Shown one piece after another: positions 55,648-64,000 of a stretch of 64,000 nt of DNA. Below the pieces are notes generated by a model, which was not told the origin of the DNA, did no database searches, and worked only from the letters and a program-made list of their open reading frames with translations. This DNA comes from Candidatus Hopanoidivorans cymbastelae (GTDB lineage: Bacteria; Actinomycetota; Acidimicrobiia; Acidimicrobiales; Hopanoidiivorantaceae), in NCBI GenBank assembly GCA_028283145.1, contig JAPYNY010000021.1, positions 28,340 through 92,339 on the forward strand. The letters run 5' to 3'. Each line of letters starts with the position of its first letter. The stretch's first letter is position 1. The position numbers and the translations under genes are program-made.

Positions 55648-55740
55648 GCATAAGCGAAATAATAGTGCAAATTTGCGCAAAAAGCTCGGATTTGACAACT
55701 CCTGCATATACAATTAAAGCACTTATAGAAAGTGCTGCTT

Positions 55741-55968
55741 ATGCAAGGAGTCATAAAATCATTTGATCCAACCACAGGTGACGGCGTCATTGTGTGTGAT
55801 GCCGACCTGGTGGAATATGAGCTCGCTCCCAATGCCTTGGAGGGGTCTATTTTTCGCATGTTGAGGCAGGGTCAGCGCATTGTTTTTTCGCTTGACGAAA
55901 ACCGCTACGCCACCCAAATCCGTCTGGGCAGCGAAGTGGACATGGGAACTCCTAAATTTCTGCAGTAG
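55741..55968 (+). CDS. small OB/cold-shock-domain-like protein (hypothetical)
   Basis: 75 aa starting MQGVIKSFDPTTGDGVIVCD, which resembles the CspA-type G.VKWF....GFGFI opening only loosely. Conserved position next to yloV. Confidence 0.35.
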   Translation: MQGVIKSFDPTTGDGVIVCDADLVEYELAPNALEGSIFRMLRQGQRIVFSLDENRYATQIRLGSEVDMGTPKFLQ

Positions 55969-56148
55969 CCAATACCGCCATCTCTTGGTTGCTATCTCTA
56001 GATTGCTATCTACCAGTTGCTGCTACCAGCCATAAACTGCCTGCACTAAACCTATCCATTTGGCTAATCTTTAAACAAATTACAACCGACAGCCACCATC
56101 CACCCCGTTGAAGCCCCGCTCAACTATTCAAAATTTTTGGAGACCACA

Positions 56149-58029
56149 ATGGCTACCACAACCGCTCAAGAATCGGACACCGAAGACCCCATAACTACTG
56201 GCGCCGCTCCCACTTCCAGTCGTGTCGTTTTGGAGTGGGTGGAGCAGTGGCGCAACATCCTCCAACCCGATGCTGTTCACTGGTGCGACGGCAGCCCTCA
56301 AGAATACGACCAGCTTTGCAATGAGATGGTAGCAGCAGGCACTTTTTTGCGAATCAACCCGGACAACCATCCCAACAGCTTCCTAGCCCTCTCCGACCCC
56401 CGCGATGTGGCCCGAGTCGAGGAGCAGACATTCATCGCCGCCGCCACTCGCGAAGACGCTGGCCCCACCAACAACTGGCGCGACCCCACCGAGCTAAAGG
56501 AGAAATTGCTAGCCGACTTCTCAGGCGCCATGAAGGGACGCACGTTGTATGTCGTACCGTTTTGCATGGGGCCGTTGGGATCGCACATCTCACAATACGG
56601 AATTCAACTCACCGATTCGCCCTATGTGGTGGTCAATATGGACATCATGACCCGCATGGGTCAATCAGCCCTGAAGCATATTGAAGCCAAGGGCCAGTTC
56701 GTGCGCTGTGTCCACTCGCTGGGCTACCCGCTAGCTGCGGGCGAGGCTGATGTAGCTTGGCCCTGCAACCCCGACAAGCGCTGCATAGCCCATTTCCCTG
56801 AAACACGCGAGATTTGGTCTTTCGGGTCGGGCTATGGAGGCAACGCCCTGCTGGGCAAGAAGTGCTTTGCGTTGCGAATTGCCTCGGTTATGGCACGCGA
56901 TGACGGCTGGATGGCTGAGCACATGCTGATTTTGGGGGTTACCCCGCCCAACGGTGAAAAGAAATACATCGCTGCGGCCTTCCCGTCGCAATGCGGCAAG
57001 ACCAACATGGCCATGATGGTTCCCAGCATTCCGGGTTGGAAGGTTGAAACAGTCGGAGATGACATTGCTTGGATGCGCTTTGGCGACGACGGACAGCTGT
57101 ATGCCATCAATCCAGAGGCTGGCTTTTTCGGCGTGGCGCCGGGGACGTCTGACAAAACCAACCCCAACGCTCTGAAAGCCCTAGTCGGCAACTGCATTTT
57201 CACCAACGTAGCTCATACTCCGCCCAACGCAAATGGATTTGTTGGCGCAGATGACGTCTGGTGGGAGGATTTATCTGAGACTCCGCCCAGCCCGCTCATG
57301 GATTGGCATGGCCAAAACTGGCAGCCCGACTCCGACCGACCGGCAGCACACCCCAACGCTCGCTTTACGGTGCCCGCAGCTCAAGCCCCCTGCATTGCAC
57401 CTGAATGGGAAGACCCTAAAGGGGTGCCCATCTCGGCCATCATGTTCGGGGGCCGGCGGGCCGACGCGGTGCCTTTGGTGACCGAAGCGCGGGATTGGGA
57501 GCACGGCGTCTTCTTGGGTGCAATCATGAGTTCTGAAACAACCGCTGCAGCTGCTGGCGCAGTTGGCAAGATTCGCTTTGACCCGTTTGCGATGCTGCCG
57601 TTCATGGGCTACAACGTGGGCGATTACATCGCTCACTGGCTGGAGATTGGCAACAGCACCTCGCCGGAGCAACTGCCAAAGCTGTTCTGGGTCAATTGGT
57701 TCAGGCGGGACTCAGACAACCATTTCATCTGGCCTGGCTTCGGCGACAACGCCCGGGTGGTCAAATGGGTGGTTGAACGCATCCAAGGCACAGCCGAAGC
57801 CATGGATACGCCTTTGGGTTTGTTGCCTGCACCCGACAGCTTGGATCTGTCAGGCATTGATGCTGAGCTGCGCGAACAAATCCAAGCTGAACTGCTCACC
57901 TGCGACCCTGATTCCTGGTCTGAAGAAATCCCCCGGCTGAAGCAACACTTGGAGCAGTTAGGCAACCGCGTGCCCCGAAAACTGTTTGACCAGCTTGACA
58001 GCTTGAAGAGACGGCTGGAAACTGCCTAA
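56149..58029 (+). CDS. pckG: phosphoenolpyruvate carboxykinase (GTP)
   Basis: [21 protein letters not shown], the P-loop FPSQCGKTN, and NWFRRD motifs. I use ATG 56149, which lies after GGAG, rather than TTG 56137. Confidence 0.9.
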   Translation: MATTTAQESDTEDPITTGAAPTSSRVVLEWVEQWRNILQPDAVHWCDGSPQEYDQLCNEMVAAGTFLRINPDNHPNSFLALSDPRDVARVEEQTFIAAATREDAGPTNNWRDPTELKEKLLADFSGAMKGRTLYVVPFCMGPLGSHISQYGIQLTDSPYVVVNMDIMTRMGQSALKHIEAKGQFVRCVHSLGYPLAAGEADVAWPCNPDKRCIAHFPETREIWSFGSGYGGNALLGKKCFALRIASVMARDDGWMAEHMLILGVTPPNGEKKYIAAAFPSQCGKTNMAMMVPSIPGWKVETVGDDIAWMRFGDDGQLYAINPEAGFFGVAPGTSDKTNPNALKALVGNCIFTNVAHTPPNANGFVGADDVWWEDLSETPPSPLMDWHGQNWQPDSDRPAAHPNARFTVPAAQAPCIAPEWEDPKGVPISAIMFGGRRADAVPLVTEARDWEHGVFLGAIMSSETTAAAAGAVGKIRFDPFAMLPFMGYNVGDYIAHWLEIGNSTSPEQLPKLFWVNWFRRDSDNHFIWPGFGDNARVVKWVVERIQGTAEAMDTPLGLLPAPDSLDLSGIDAELREQIQAELLTCDPDSWSEEIPRLKQHLEQLGNRVPRKLFDQLDSLKRRLETA

Positions 58030-58127
58030 GCTGAATTGCCTAAACTAATAGTAGGCACCCAACTCGCTTGGCTGCCTAGCTAAGTTCCCATACAACCCCC
58101 ACAACTCAACTTCAAGGAGCTCCAAAG

Positions 58128-58373
58128 ATGAACTCTTCTGTCGTGTCTGCCTACATTTTGATTCAGACTGATATGGACAAAGCCACCCGAGTGGCTGAAT
58201 CCATCCGCCAAATAGAAGGCATTGTGTTCGCCGACATCGTAACCGGGCCCTATGACATCATCGCCAAAGCGGATTCTGACTCGATGGACAACCTGGGCCG
58301 CATGGTCGTCCAGAGGGTTCAGATGTCATCGGGCGTCAACCGAACGCTGACTTGCCCAGTGGTTAATATCTAG
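58128..58373 (+). CDS. stand-alone Lrp/AsnC ligand-binding (RAM) domain protein
   Basis: 81 aa. SAYILIQTD...IRQIEGIVFADIVTGPYDIIAKA...V..V......GV..T.T fits the AsnC_trans_reg pattern, without an HTH. Confidence 0.6.
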   Translation: MNSSVVSAYILIQTDMDKATRVAESIRQIEGIVFADIVTGPYDIIAKADSDSMDNLGRMVVQRVQMSSGVNRTLTCPVVNI

Positions 58374-58432
58374 CTGCCAGGGCCCGCCAGCCCGCCCAAG
58401 ACCTTCCAAATATTGCCAGCACAGGAGCCCCC

Positions 58433-59335
58433 ATGACCCGACAATTCCCCACAGGCACCGTCAGCGGAGAACCCCCAGCCCTGAATGCGGCGGGGGAGCC
58501 GATGGTTTTAGTTGACGACCCTGAGCCACTGATTCGGCGCATCACGCTCAATCGCCCCGAAAAGCGCAACGCGCTGTGTCATCCGCTGCGCCGGGCGCTG
58601 CTGGATGCTTTGGTGGAAGCCGACCAAGATCCCGACGTCAGAGTCGTCATCATTCGCGGCGCAGGACACTCCTTCTCCGCTGGCTACGACCTGGGAGGCG
58701 GCAACGAAGGCTATGACATGCCGTTTTACACCCCCGATGGCGAAGGCCAGTGGCCCAGGCACGTCACCGAATCATGGATGAGCATCTGGGATTTGGCTAC
58801 TCCCGTCATAGCTCAGGTTCATGGCTACTGCCTGGCAGGTGGCAGCGAACTCGCTACAGGCTGTGATTTGGTCTATATGGCTGAAGATGCCAAGATGGGT
58901 TACCCGGCCACCCGATTTGGAGTGCCGGACATGCACTTTCACCCCTGGCTGGTGGGGATGCGCAAAGCCATGGAGATGATGCTGACCGGCGATTCCATCT
59001 CTGGCGCCGAAGCAGCAGACAGAGGCTGGGCCACTGATTGTTGGCCGGCTGAAGAACTGGAAGAGCGAGTCATGGAAAAAGCCAGACGCATCGCCGGCAT
59101 CCATCCACAACTGCTGCAGCTCAACAAGCGCATAGTGCATCGCCAGATGGAGCATATGGGCCTGCGCACTGGCATCAGAGCCGGCATTGAGTTGTGTGCG
59201 CTAGGGATGCACACCGACGCGATGGCTGCATTTGTGGATGCCATCAAGGAAAAGGGTGTAGCTGAAGCCCTCAAGGAAAGAGACAAGCCTTTCGGAGACT
59301 ATCGCCTGGTTGAAAGTCAAGCCCAAGAGGGCTGA
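58433..59335 (+). CDS. enoyl-CoA hydratase/isomerase (crotonase) family protein
   Basis: ITLNRPEKRNAL, RVVIIRGAGHSFSAGYDL and VHGYCLAGGSELA motifs. Confidence 0.8.
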   Translation: MTRQFPTGTVSGEPPALNAAGEPMVLVDDPEPLIRRITLNRPEKRNALCHPLRRALLDALVEADQDPDVRVVIIRGAGHSFSAGYDLGGGNEGYDMPFYTPDGEGQWPRHVTESWMSIWDLATPVIAQVHGYCLAGGSELATGCDLVYMAEDAKMGYPATRFGVPDMHFHPWLVGMRKAMEMMLTGDSISGAEAADRGWATDCWPAEELEERVMEKARRIAGIHPQLLQLNKRIVHRQMEHMGLRTGIRAGIELCALGMHTDAMAAFVDAIKEKGVAEALKERDKPFGDYRLVESQAQEG

Positions 59336-59402
59336 CCGCCGCCGCCGACTGGAACAAACCACCCGCAGTAAAACCAACACCCGCATCAGGAGAAACGCTG
59401 CT

Positions 59403-60593
59403 ATGACCGCTGAAAACTACACCATCATCTCCTCAGACTGCCATGCTGGCGGTTCCATGAAACACTACCGGGAATACCTGGAGTCGTCTTGGCTGGAAGA
59501 ATTTGACGACTGGCGGGGCGCCTACTCCAACCCCTTCCGCGACCTCCAAGGCGACAGCCGCACTCGCAACTGGGACGGCGACCGACGCATCAGCGAAATG
59601 GATGCCGACGGGGTGGTAGCTGAAATTGTCTTCCCCAACACTGTGCCGCCTTTCTTCCCCACAGGGGCTCTGATCGCTCCCCCGCCCAGCAAGGATGACT
59701 TCCAGCGGCGCCTGGCTGGCATCCGAGCTCATAATCGCTGGCTAGTTGATTGGTGCGCTGAACATCCCGAGCGTCGCGCCGGGATTGGGCAGATTTTCTT
59801 GAACGATGTTGACGAGGCACTGAAAGACATCCGCTGGATCAAGGAAAACAACTTGCGTGGTGGTGTCTTGCTGCCGGGCGTGCCCCCTGACTCAGGCATA
59901 GCCCCGCACTACTCTGAGACTTACGACCCGATTTGGGAACTCTGCCAAGAACTGGAAGTGCCTATCACCCACCATTCAGGCAGCGGCAACCCGAACTATC
60001 ACAAACACCGAATTGCCATGATGCTGTTGCTGACTGAAACGCCTTTTTATTCGCACCGTGCGCTGGTGCATTTGATCTTGGCAGGCGTGTTTGAGCGCTT
60101 CCCCCGGCTGAAATTCATCGTTACCGAACAAGGGCTGGCATGGATTCCTGAAACTCTGGGGCGCCTGGACGCCTATCACACCCAGATGAAATCAGGCCGA
60201 GTGGGCGAGCTTGGCTTTTCAAAAGATGCTGTGCTGGCGGAAAGCCCCAGCTTCTATTTTCAGCGCAACTGCTGGGTGGGCGCCAGCTTTCCCAGCCCCA
60301 GCGAAGCGGCCGCCGTGGATGCAGTCGGCTGGGACAAGGTGATGTGGGGCTCAGACTACCCCCACCATGAGGGCTGCTATCCCTACACCCGTGAAGCTCT
60401 GCGCAATGCCTTCTGCAATGCCCCGGCTGAAAAACTGCGTATGATCTTGTCTGAAAATCAAGCCAGGGTGTATGATTTCGACCTTGAAGCCTTAGAGCCT
60501 TTAGCTGCAACCAGCGGCCCCACAGTGGAAGAAATTGCAGTTCCGCTGGAGGATATGCCTCCTTCTCCCAGTCCAGCCTTCACCCGCCGCTAG
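59403..60593 (+). CDS. amidohydrolase-2 (ACMSD-like metal-dependent hydrolase) family protein
   Basis: I start it at ATG 59403 (MTAENYTIISSDCHAGG). IISSDCH, the conserved HHSGSG region and WGSDYPHHEG fit the Amidohydro_2 pattern. Confidence 0.65.
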   Translation: MTAENYTIISSDCHAGGSMKHYREYLESSWLEEFDDWRGAYSNPFRDLQGDSRTRNWDGDRRISEMDADGVVAEIVFPNTVPPFFPTGALIAPPPSKDDFQRRLAGIRAHNRWLVDWCAEHPERRAGIGQIFLNDVDEALKDIRWIKENNLRGGVLLPGVPPDSGIAPHYSETYDPIWELCQELEVPITHHSGSGNPNYHKHRIAMMLLLTETPFYSHRALVHLILAGVFERFPRLKFIVTEQGLAWIPETLGRLDAYHTQMKSGRVGELGFSKDAVLAESPSFYFQRNCWVGASFPSPSEAAAVDAVGWDKVMWGSDYPHHEGCYPYTREALRNAFCNAPAEKLRMILSENQARVYDFDLEALEPLAATSGPTVEEIAVPLEDMPPSPSPAFTRR

Positions 60594-61377
60594 CACACCA
60601 GCCAACCCCCACAAAAAACCCCAACAAACATCTGTGGCGGACGTCACTCCCCCCGCAAAGCCCGCAAAGGGCGTAGCAGCCGAAATCTGCCAGTCCCCCG
60701 ACGTCAACCAACCTGGCGGGCCGTTCCATCCCAGCAGCCACCCCAATATTGTCGGGCGAGAGCGGGAGCTGAGGGCGCTGGCTGATTCGGTCAGGCGCCT
60801 GATTGCCGCTACTAACGCCAACTCTGCCCCAGCCGAACAAACGGCTCAATTCGCCCAGGAGTTGGCCGATATTGCTGAACGGCTGGAGGCTCACATCCAC
60901 CCCAACTACGACCGCTATGCCACTAACCGCTCAGCCGGGCCGCCAAATAACCCGCGCGACCTATTCCAATACGACTATGTGCTGGGGCCTTATAATCCCT
61001 TGGCGTTGCCGCTACGCACCGAATGGAAAGACCCAGTGGCCTACTGCTATGCCGAATTCACCCATCCCTATGAAGGCCCTCCAGGATGCGTTCACGGAGC
61101 TGTGCTGGCAGCAGCTTTTGACCAAGTCTTCAACATTGCCAACATGATGACGGGAGCAGCTGGGCCGACCGGTCGGCTTACCATTCACTACCACAAGCCC
61201 ACACCGCTGAATGTCCCCATCACTTTTGAAGCTCAAGTGGCTTCCAAGTCGGGTTCCAAGATTATCACCAAAGGCTTGGCCCGCTGTGGGGACGTGATGA
61301 CGGTTCGGGCTCAAGGTCTGTTTATTGAAGTGAGCTCTGAAAAACTGGCCCAGCTACGCTCCAAGGTTGTCTCCTGA
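60535..61377 (+). CDS. PaaI/hotdog-fold thioesterase-like protein (start uncertain)
   Basis: The C-terminal ~140 aa (PGCVHGAVLAAAFDQVFNIA...GRLTIHYHKPTPL...ARCGDVMTVRAQGLFIEV) fit the hotdog thioesterase pattern. The longest ORF starts at a TTG overlapping the upstream gene by 59 nt. The in-frame GTG at 60634 is an alternative. Confidence 0.5.
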   Translation: MQFRWRICLLLPVQPSPAASTPANPHKKPQQTSVADVTPPAKPAKGVAAEICQSPDVNQPGGPFHPSSHPNIVGRERELRALADSVRRLIAATNANSAPAEQTAQFAQELADIAERLEAHIHPNYDRYATNRSAGPPNNPRDLFQYDYVLGPYNPLALPLRTEWKDPVAYCYAEFTHPYEGPPGCVHGAVLAAAFDQVFNIANMMTGAAGPTGRLTIHYHKPTPLNVPITFEAQVASKSGSKIITKGLARCGDVMTVRAQGLFIEVSSEKLAQLRSKVVS

Positions 61378-61445
61378 AGGCCCGGTTTGCCTTTGCCCCG
61401 GCCACTGAGACTGCCCCGTCCCCTTAAGCTACCGCCACATCAGCC

Positions 61446-62960
61446 ATGAGCCGCACACAACCAACCCTGCTCCATGAGCTTGTCGGGCGTGAAGCCTCCG
61501 ACATCGCCGTCATAGACGACTTCCGTCGCCAGAGCTGGGAGCAACTCGACCGCCGGACACATGCCTTGGCGCGAGGCCTAGAAGCTCTAGGAGTGGGGCC
61601 GCGCTGCCATGTTGCCATCGTGGTGTCCAACCGAATTGAATTTCTGGAGAGCTACATCGCCACTTTGCGAGGCGGATTCACCCAGACACCTGTGAAATGC
61701 AACTGGACACCTGCCGAGATGGGCTATCTTTTTCAAGACGCGAATTCCCAAGCTGTCATAACCGATATTGACGCTGCCCGCGAAGCCGCTCAAACCGCCG
61801 GGCTGCCGGTGATTGACGTGGATGATGATTTCGCAGCTTGGCTGGACGCCCAAGACCCGACCCCTATCGAGGCAGGTCGCAAGGGCTATCGCATTCCCTA
61901 TACCTCCGGCACGACCGGTGCTCCCAAGGGAGTAGAGCGTGTGGTGGATGCCGATTCGACCTTTGAGGAGTGGTCCCGTAGCAACGCTTTGGGGGCTAAG
62001 GGTATCGGACTGCCCCGCAACGGGTTGCATCTGATGGTCTCACAGATGTTTCACGGAGCTCCAATGACCTTTGGTTTCGGAGCATTGTGCGGCGGTGCGC
62101 CGATGCGCATTGTCTCGCGCTGGAATCCTGCGCTGTTCGCCAATTGGCTGGCCGAAGGCGTGACCGCTACGATCATGGTGCCGACTATGTTCCGTCAGTT
62201 GTTGGCACTGCCCCCGCAGCAACGCCAAGCCATTGATGCGTCTGGTCTGGAGGTGGTCATTCACGGCGGCGAGGCTTGCCAGATTGAGTTGAAACGTCAG
62301 ATGATCGGCTGGTGGGGGCCGATTTTCACTGAATACTACGGCTTTACCGAGGGCGGCATGACGCTGGCTACCTCACAGCAATGGTTGGAACGTCCAGGCA
62401 CTGTGGGGCTTCCCATCGGCGAACTGAAGGTTCACATCGTGGATAAAACTGGTAACGATCTAGGGCCTCATCAGGAGGGGGAAATTTTCTTCACTCGCCC
62501 TGAGGGTCGCTACTTCCGCTATCTGAAGGAAGCAGCCAAAACTGAGCGTGCCTACCGAACTGATGACTCTTTTACAGTGGGCGACATAGGCTATCTGGAC
62601 GAGGATGGCTATCTGTTCGTCTCCGGGCGCACAGCCGAGCTGATAGTGGCCGCGGGTGTCAATATCTATCCGGCCGAGATTGAAGCAGTGCTGTTTGAAG
62701 TTCCAGGCGTGGCAGATGTTTGCGTTGCTGGCGGCCCCGACCCCGACAGAGGCGAACAACCAGTGGCTTTTGTGGTGATCCAAGAGGGGTGCGACCCGCA
62801 AGAGGTGCTGGCCGAAGTTGAGCGCACCTGCCAGCAAAATATAGCCGGCTACAAACGCCCCCGGAAAATTCTCACTCGCTCTGCTATCCCACGCGACCCT
62901 ACGGGCAAGACTTTGCGGGTAGCTTTACGCAACGAACTCTGGGGCCAGCAAGACTCCTAG
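61446..62960 (+). CDS. AMP-dependent acyl-CoA synthetase/ligase
   Basis: AMP-binding motif IPYTSGTTGAPKGV, YGFTEG, GDIGYLDEDGYLFVSGR, and a C-terminal PRDPTGK. Confidence 0.8.
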   Translation: MSRTQPTLLHELVGREASDIAVIDDFRRQSWEQLDRRTHALARGLEALGVGPRCHVAIVVSNRIEFLESYIATLRGGFTQTPVKCNWTPAEMGYLFQDANSQAVITDIDAAREAAQTAGLPVIDVDDDFAAWLDAQDPTPIEAGRKGYRIPYTSGTTGAPKGVERVVDADSTFEEWSRSNALGAKGIGLPRNGLHLMVSQMFHGAPMTFGFGALCGGAPMRIVSRWNPALFANWLAEGVTATIMVPTMFRQLLALPPQQRQAIDASGLEVVIHGGEACQIELKRQMIGWWGPIFTEYYGFTEGGMTLATSQQWLERPGTVGLPIGELKVHIVDKTGNDLGPHQEGEIFFTRPEGRYFRYLKEAAKTERAYRTDDSFTVGDIGYLDEDGYLFVSGRTAELIVAAGVNIYPAEIEAVLFEVPGVADVCVAGGPDPDRGEQPVAFVVIQEGCDPQEVLAEVERTCQQNIAGYKRPRKILTRSAIPRDPTGKTLRVALRNELWGQQDS

Positions 62961-63035
62961 GTGGGTTTTAGGCGTGCCTCCGGGCCGGGGGTTTAGCCGG
63001 TTTTTGGCACCCTTCCAAGCTTGCGCTGGCTCACG

Positions 63036-63098
63036 CCCCCCCCTTCCGGGCTTGCACCCCTCTTCTGGTTCTGGCCTTGCTCCGCAAGCCCCCCCCCC
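63036..63098. repeat. two poly-C tracts (C8 at 63036-63043, C10 at 63089-63098) in a convergent intergenic region
   Basis: Counted directly. They are flanked by the related motifs CCTTCCAAGCTTGCGC (63011) and CCTTCCGGGCTTGCAC (63042). Confidence 0.85.
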
Positions 63099-63100
63099 GC

Positions 63101-63919
63101 CTATGCGGCCGGCATTGTTGAAAAGTCAATCTGTCCAGTAATCACGCCGCCTTGGAAGCCGCCGTCAATGTTGACGTTGGTGCCGCTGATATAGCTGGCT
63201 GCGTCGCTGCCCAAGTAAGCCAGCAAGTTGGCCACTTCACTAGGCTGCACGTACTCGCCTGTGGCTTCATGGGCTGTCCAGTCAATCATGGCCTCGCCCA
63301 TGGTCTCTCTGAAATCTGGCAAAAGCGGGGTGTCAATGGGTGCCGGGCAGGCACTGGCGATGCGGACTTTTTTCTTGATCAAGTCCTTGGCGCGCAGCAT
63401 GGTGAGAATCTGCACGCACTCCTTGGAAAACATATAGCCGTCAGCCACAATCTCAGGCTTTTCCTCAGCCCAGGCAACCTGCTTGTCCCAATCGTCAATT
63501 GAGAGCAGTTCCATGATCTCTTCTTGGTGGGCAGGCCAGTTCATCCCCGCGATGGAAGCAGTGTTGATGATCGCACCCCCTTGCGGAATGTGGTCGCTCA
63601 GGGCTTGCGTCAGCCTGACAAGCCCGAAGACGTTCACCTTCATTACGTTGATGGCTCCCAAGTTGGCAGCGATGCCCGCATTGTTGAAAAGCACGTGCAC
63701 CGGCCCGCCAATCTCGGCGGCAGCTGCGTCTATGGCATCGGGATCGCCCATATCGCAGTGGATATAGCGGGTGATAGGGCATGTCGGCTCTTTAATGTCA
63801 AGCCCGATAATCTCATCGGCCCCCAAGTCTGAGAGCAGATGCACCAAGGCCTCTCCCACGCCTGAATAGCACCCCGTCACAACAACGCGCTTGCCTGCAT
63901 AGCTCATTGGGTTGGTCAT
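63101..63919 (-). CDS. short-chain dehydrogenase/reductase (SDR) family oxidoreductase
   Basis: GKRVVVTGCYSGVGEAL (TGxxxGxG), NNAG, and YxxxK-type (YMFSKECV) motifs; 272 aa. Confidence 0.8.
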   Translation of the reverse strand: MTNPMSYAGKRVVVTGCYSGVGEALVHLLSDLGADEIIGLDIKEPTCPITRYIHCDMGDPDAIDAAAAEIGGPVHVLFNNAGIAANLGAINVMKVNVFGLVRLTQALSDHIPQGGAIINTASIAGMNWPAHQEEIMELLSIDDWDKQVAWAEEKPEIVADGYMFSKECVQILTMLRAKDLIKKKVRIASACPAPIDTPLLPDFRETMGEAMIDWTAHEATGEYVQPSEVANLLAYLGSDAASYISGTNVNIDGGFQGGVITGQIDFSTMPAA

Positions 63920-64000
63920 TTTTTCCTCCTGGTTGACTGAATGTTACCTGTTGCAACTATACACTCAGCAACACCCTTATGTAGAATTTCTGCATGGCCG

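Overview
This 64-kb window is roughly 55-65% G+C by hand counts on sampled lines. Gene content and synteny look like a streamlined Actinomycetota chromosome, possibly Acidimicrobiia-like; that assignment is an inference from ino1, chdC, the DUF2342-type protease next to tilS, the folK-panC-coaX-lysS order and an RsrA/SigH-like pair. Most of the window is housekeeping. In order it holds dxs (partial), a PAP2-like and a UPF0104 membrane protein, tldD/pmbA, uppP, a DM13 protein, and a Tad-type secretion gene set (cpaB-like, cpaE-like, cpaF, tadB, tadC). It continues with ino1 and a divergent LysR regulator, lpdA-E2 followed by a single-ORF lipB::lipA fusion, chdC coupled to a PhyH dioxygenase, a BMP-type ABC importer, and a polyprenyl synthase. 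The second half holds lysS-coaX-nadC-panC-folK-(degenerate folP-like)-tilS, an ECF sigma/anti-sigma pair, dnaX-recR, a 5'-3' exonuclease, an epoxide hydrolase, a decayed asd remnant, yloV, pckG, and a small acyl-CoA catabolic cluster. The standout is a visibly AT-rich ~6-kb island (about 32030-38160) wedged between the polyprenyl synthase and lysS. It carries no integrase, transposase or tRNA. It consists of four tandem copies of a two-gene module. Gene A is a small protein made almost entirely of GGxGxDxUx (RTX/beta-roll type) nonapeptides, with 5, 11 and 15 units in the intact copies. Gene B is translationally coupled to A by an ATGA overlap and encodes a ~280-aa N-terminally membrane-anchored protein with no motif I can assign to a known family. 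One module is a deletion chimera, and a conserved 70-nt element follows three of the four B genes. I cannot place this A/B array in any described system, and it is the best candidate for something new. All calls rest on reading the translations and the sequence by eye; no database search was possible.
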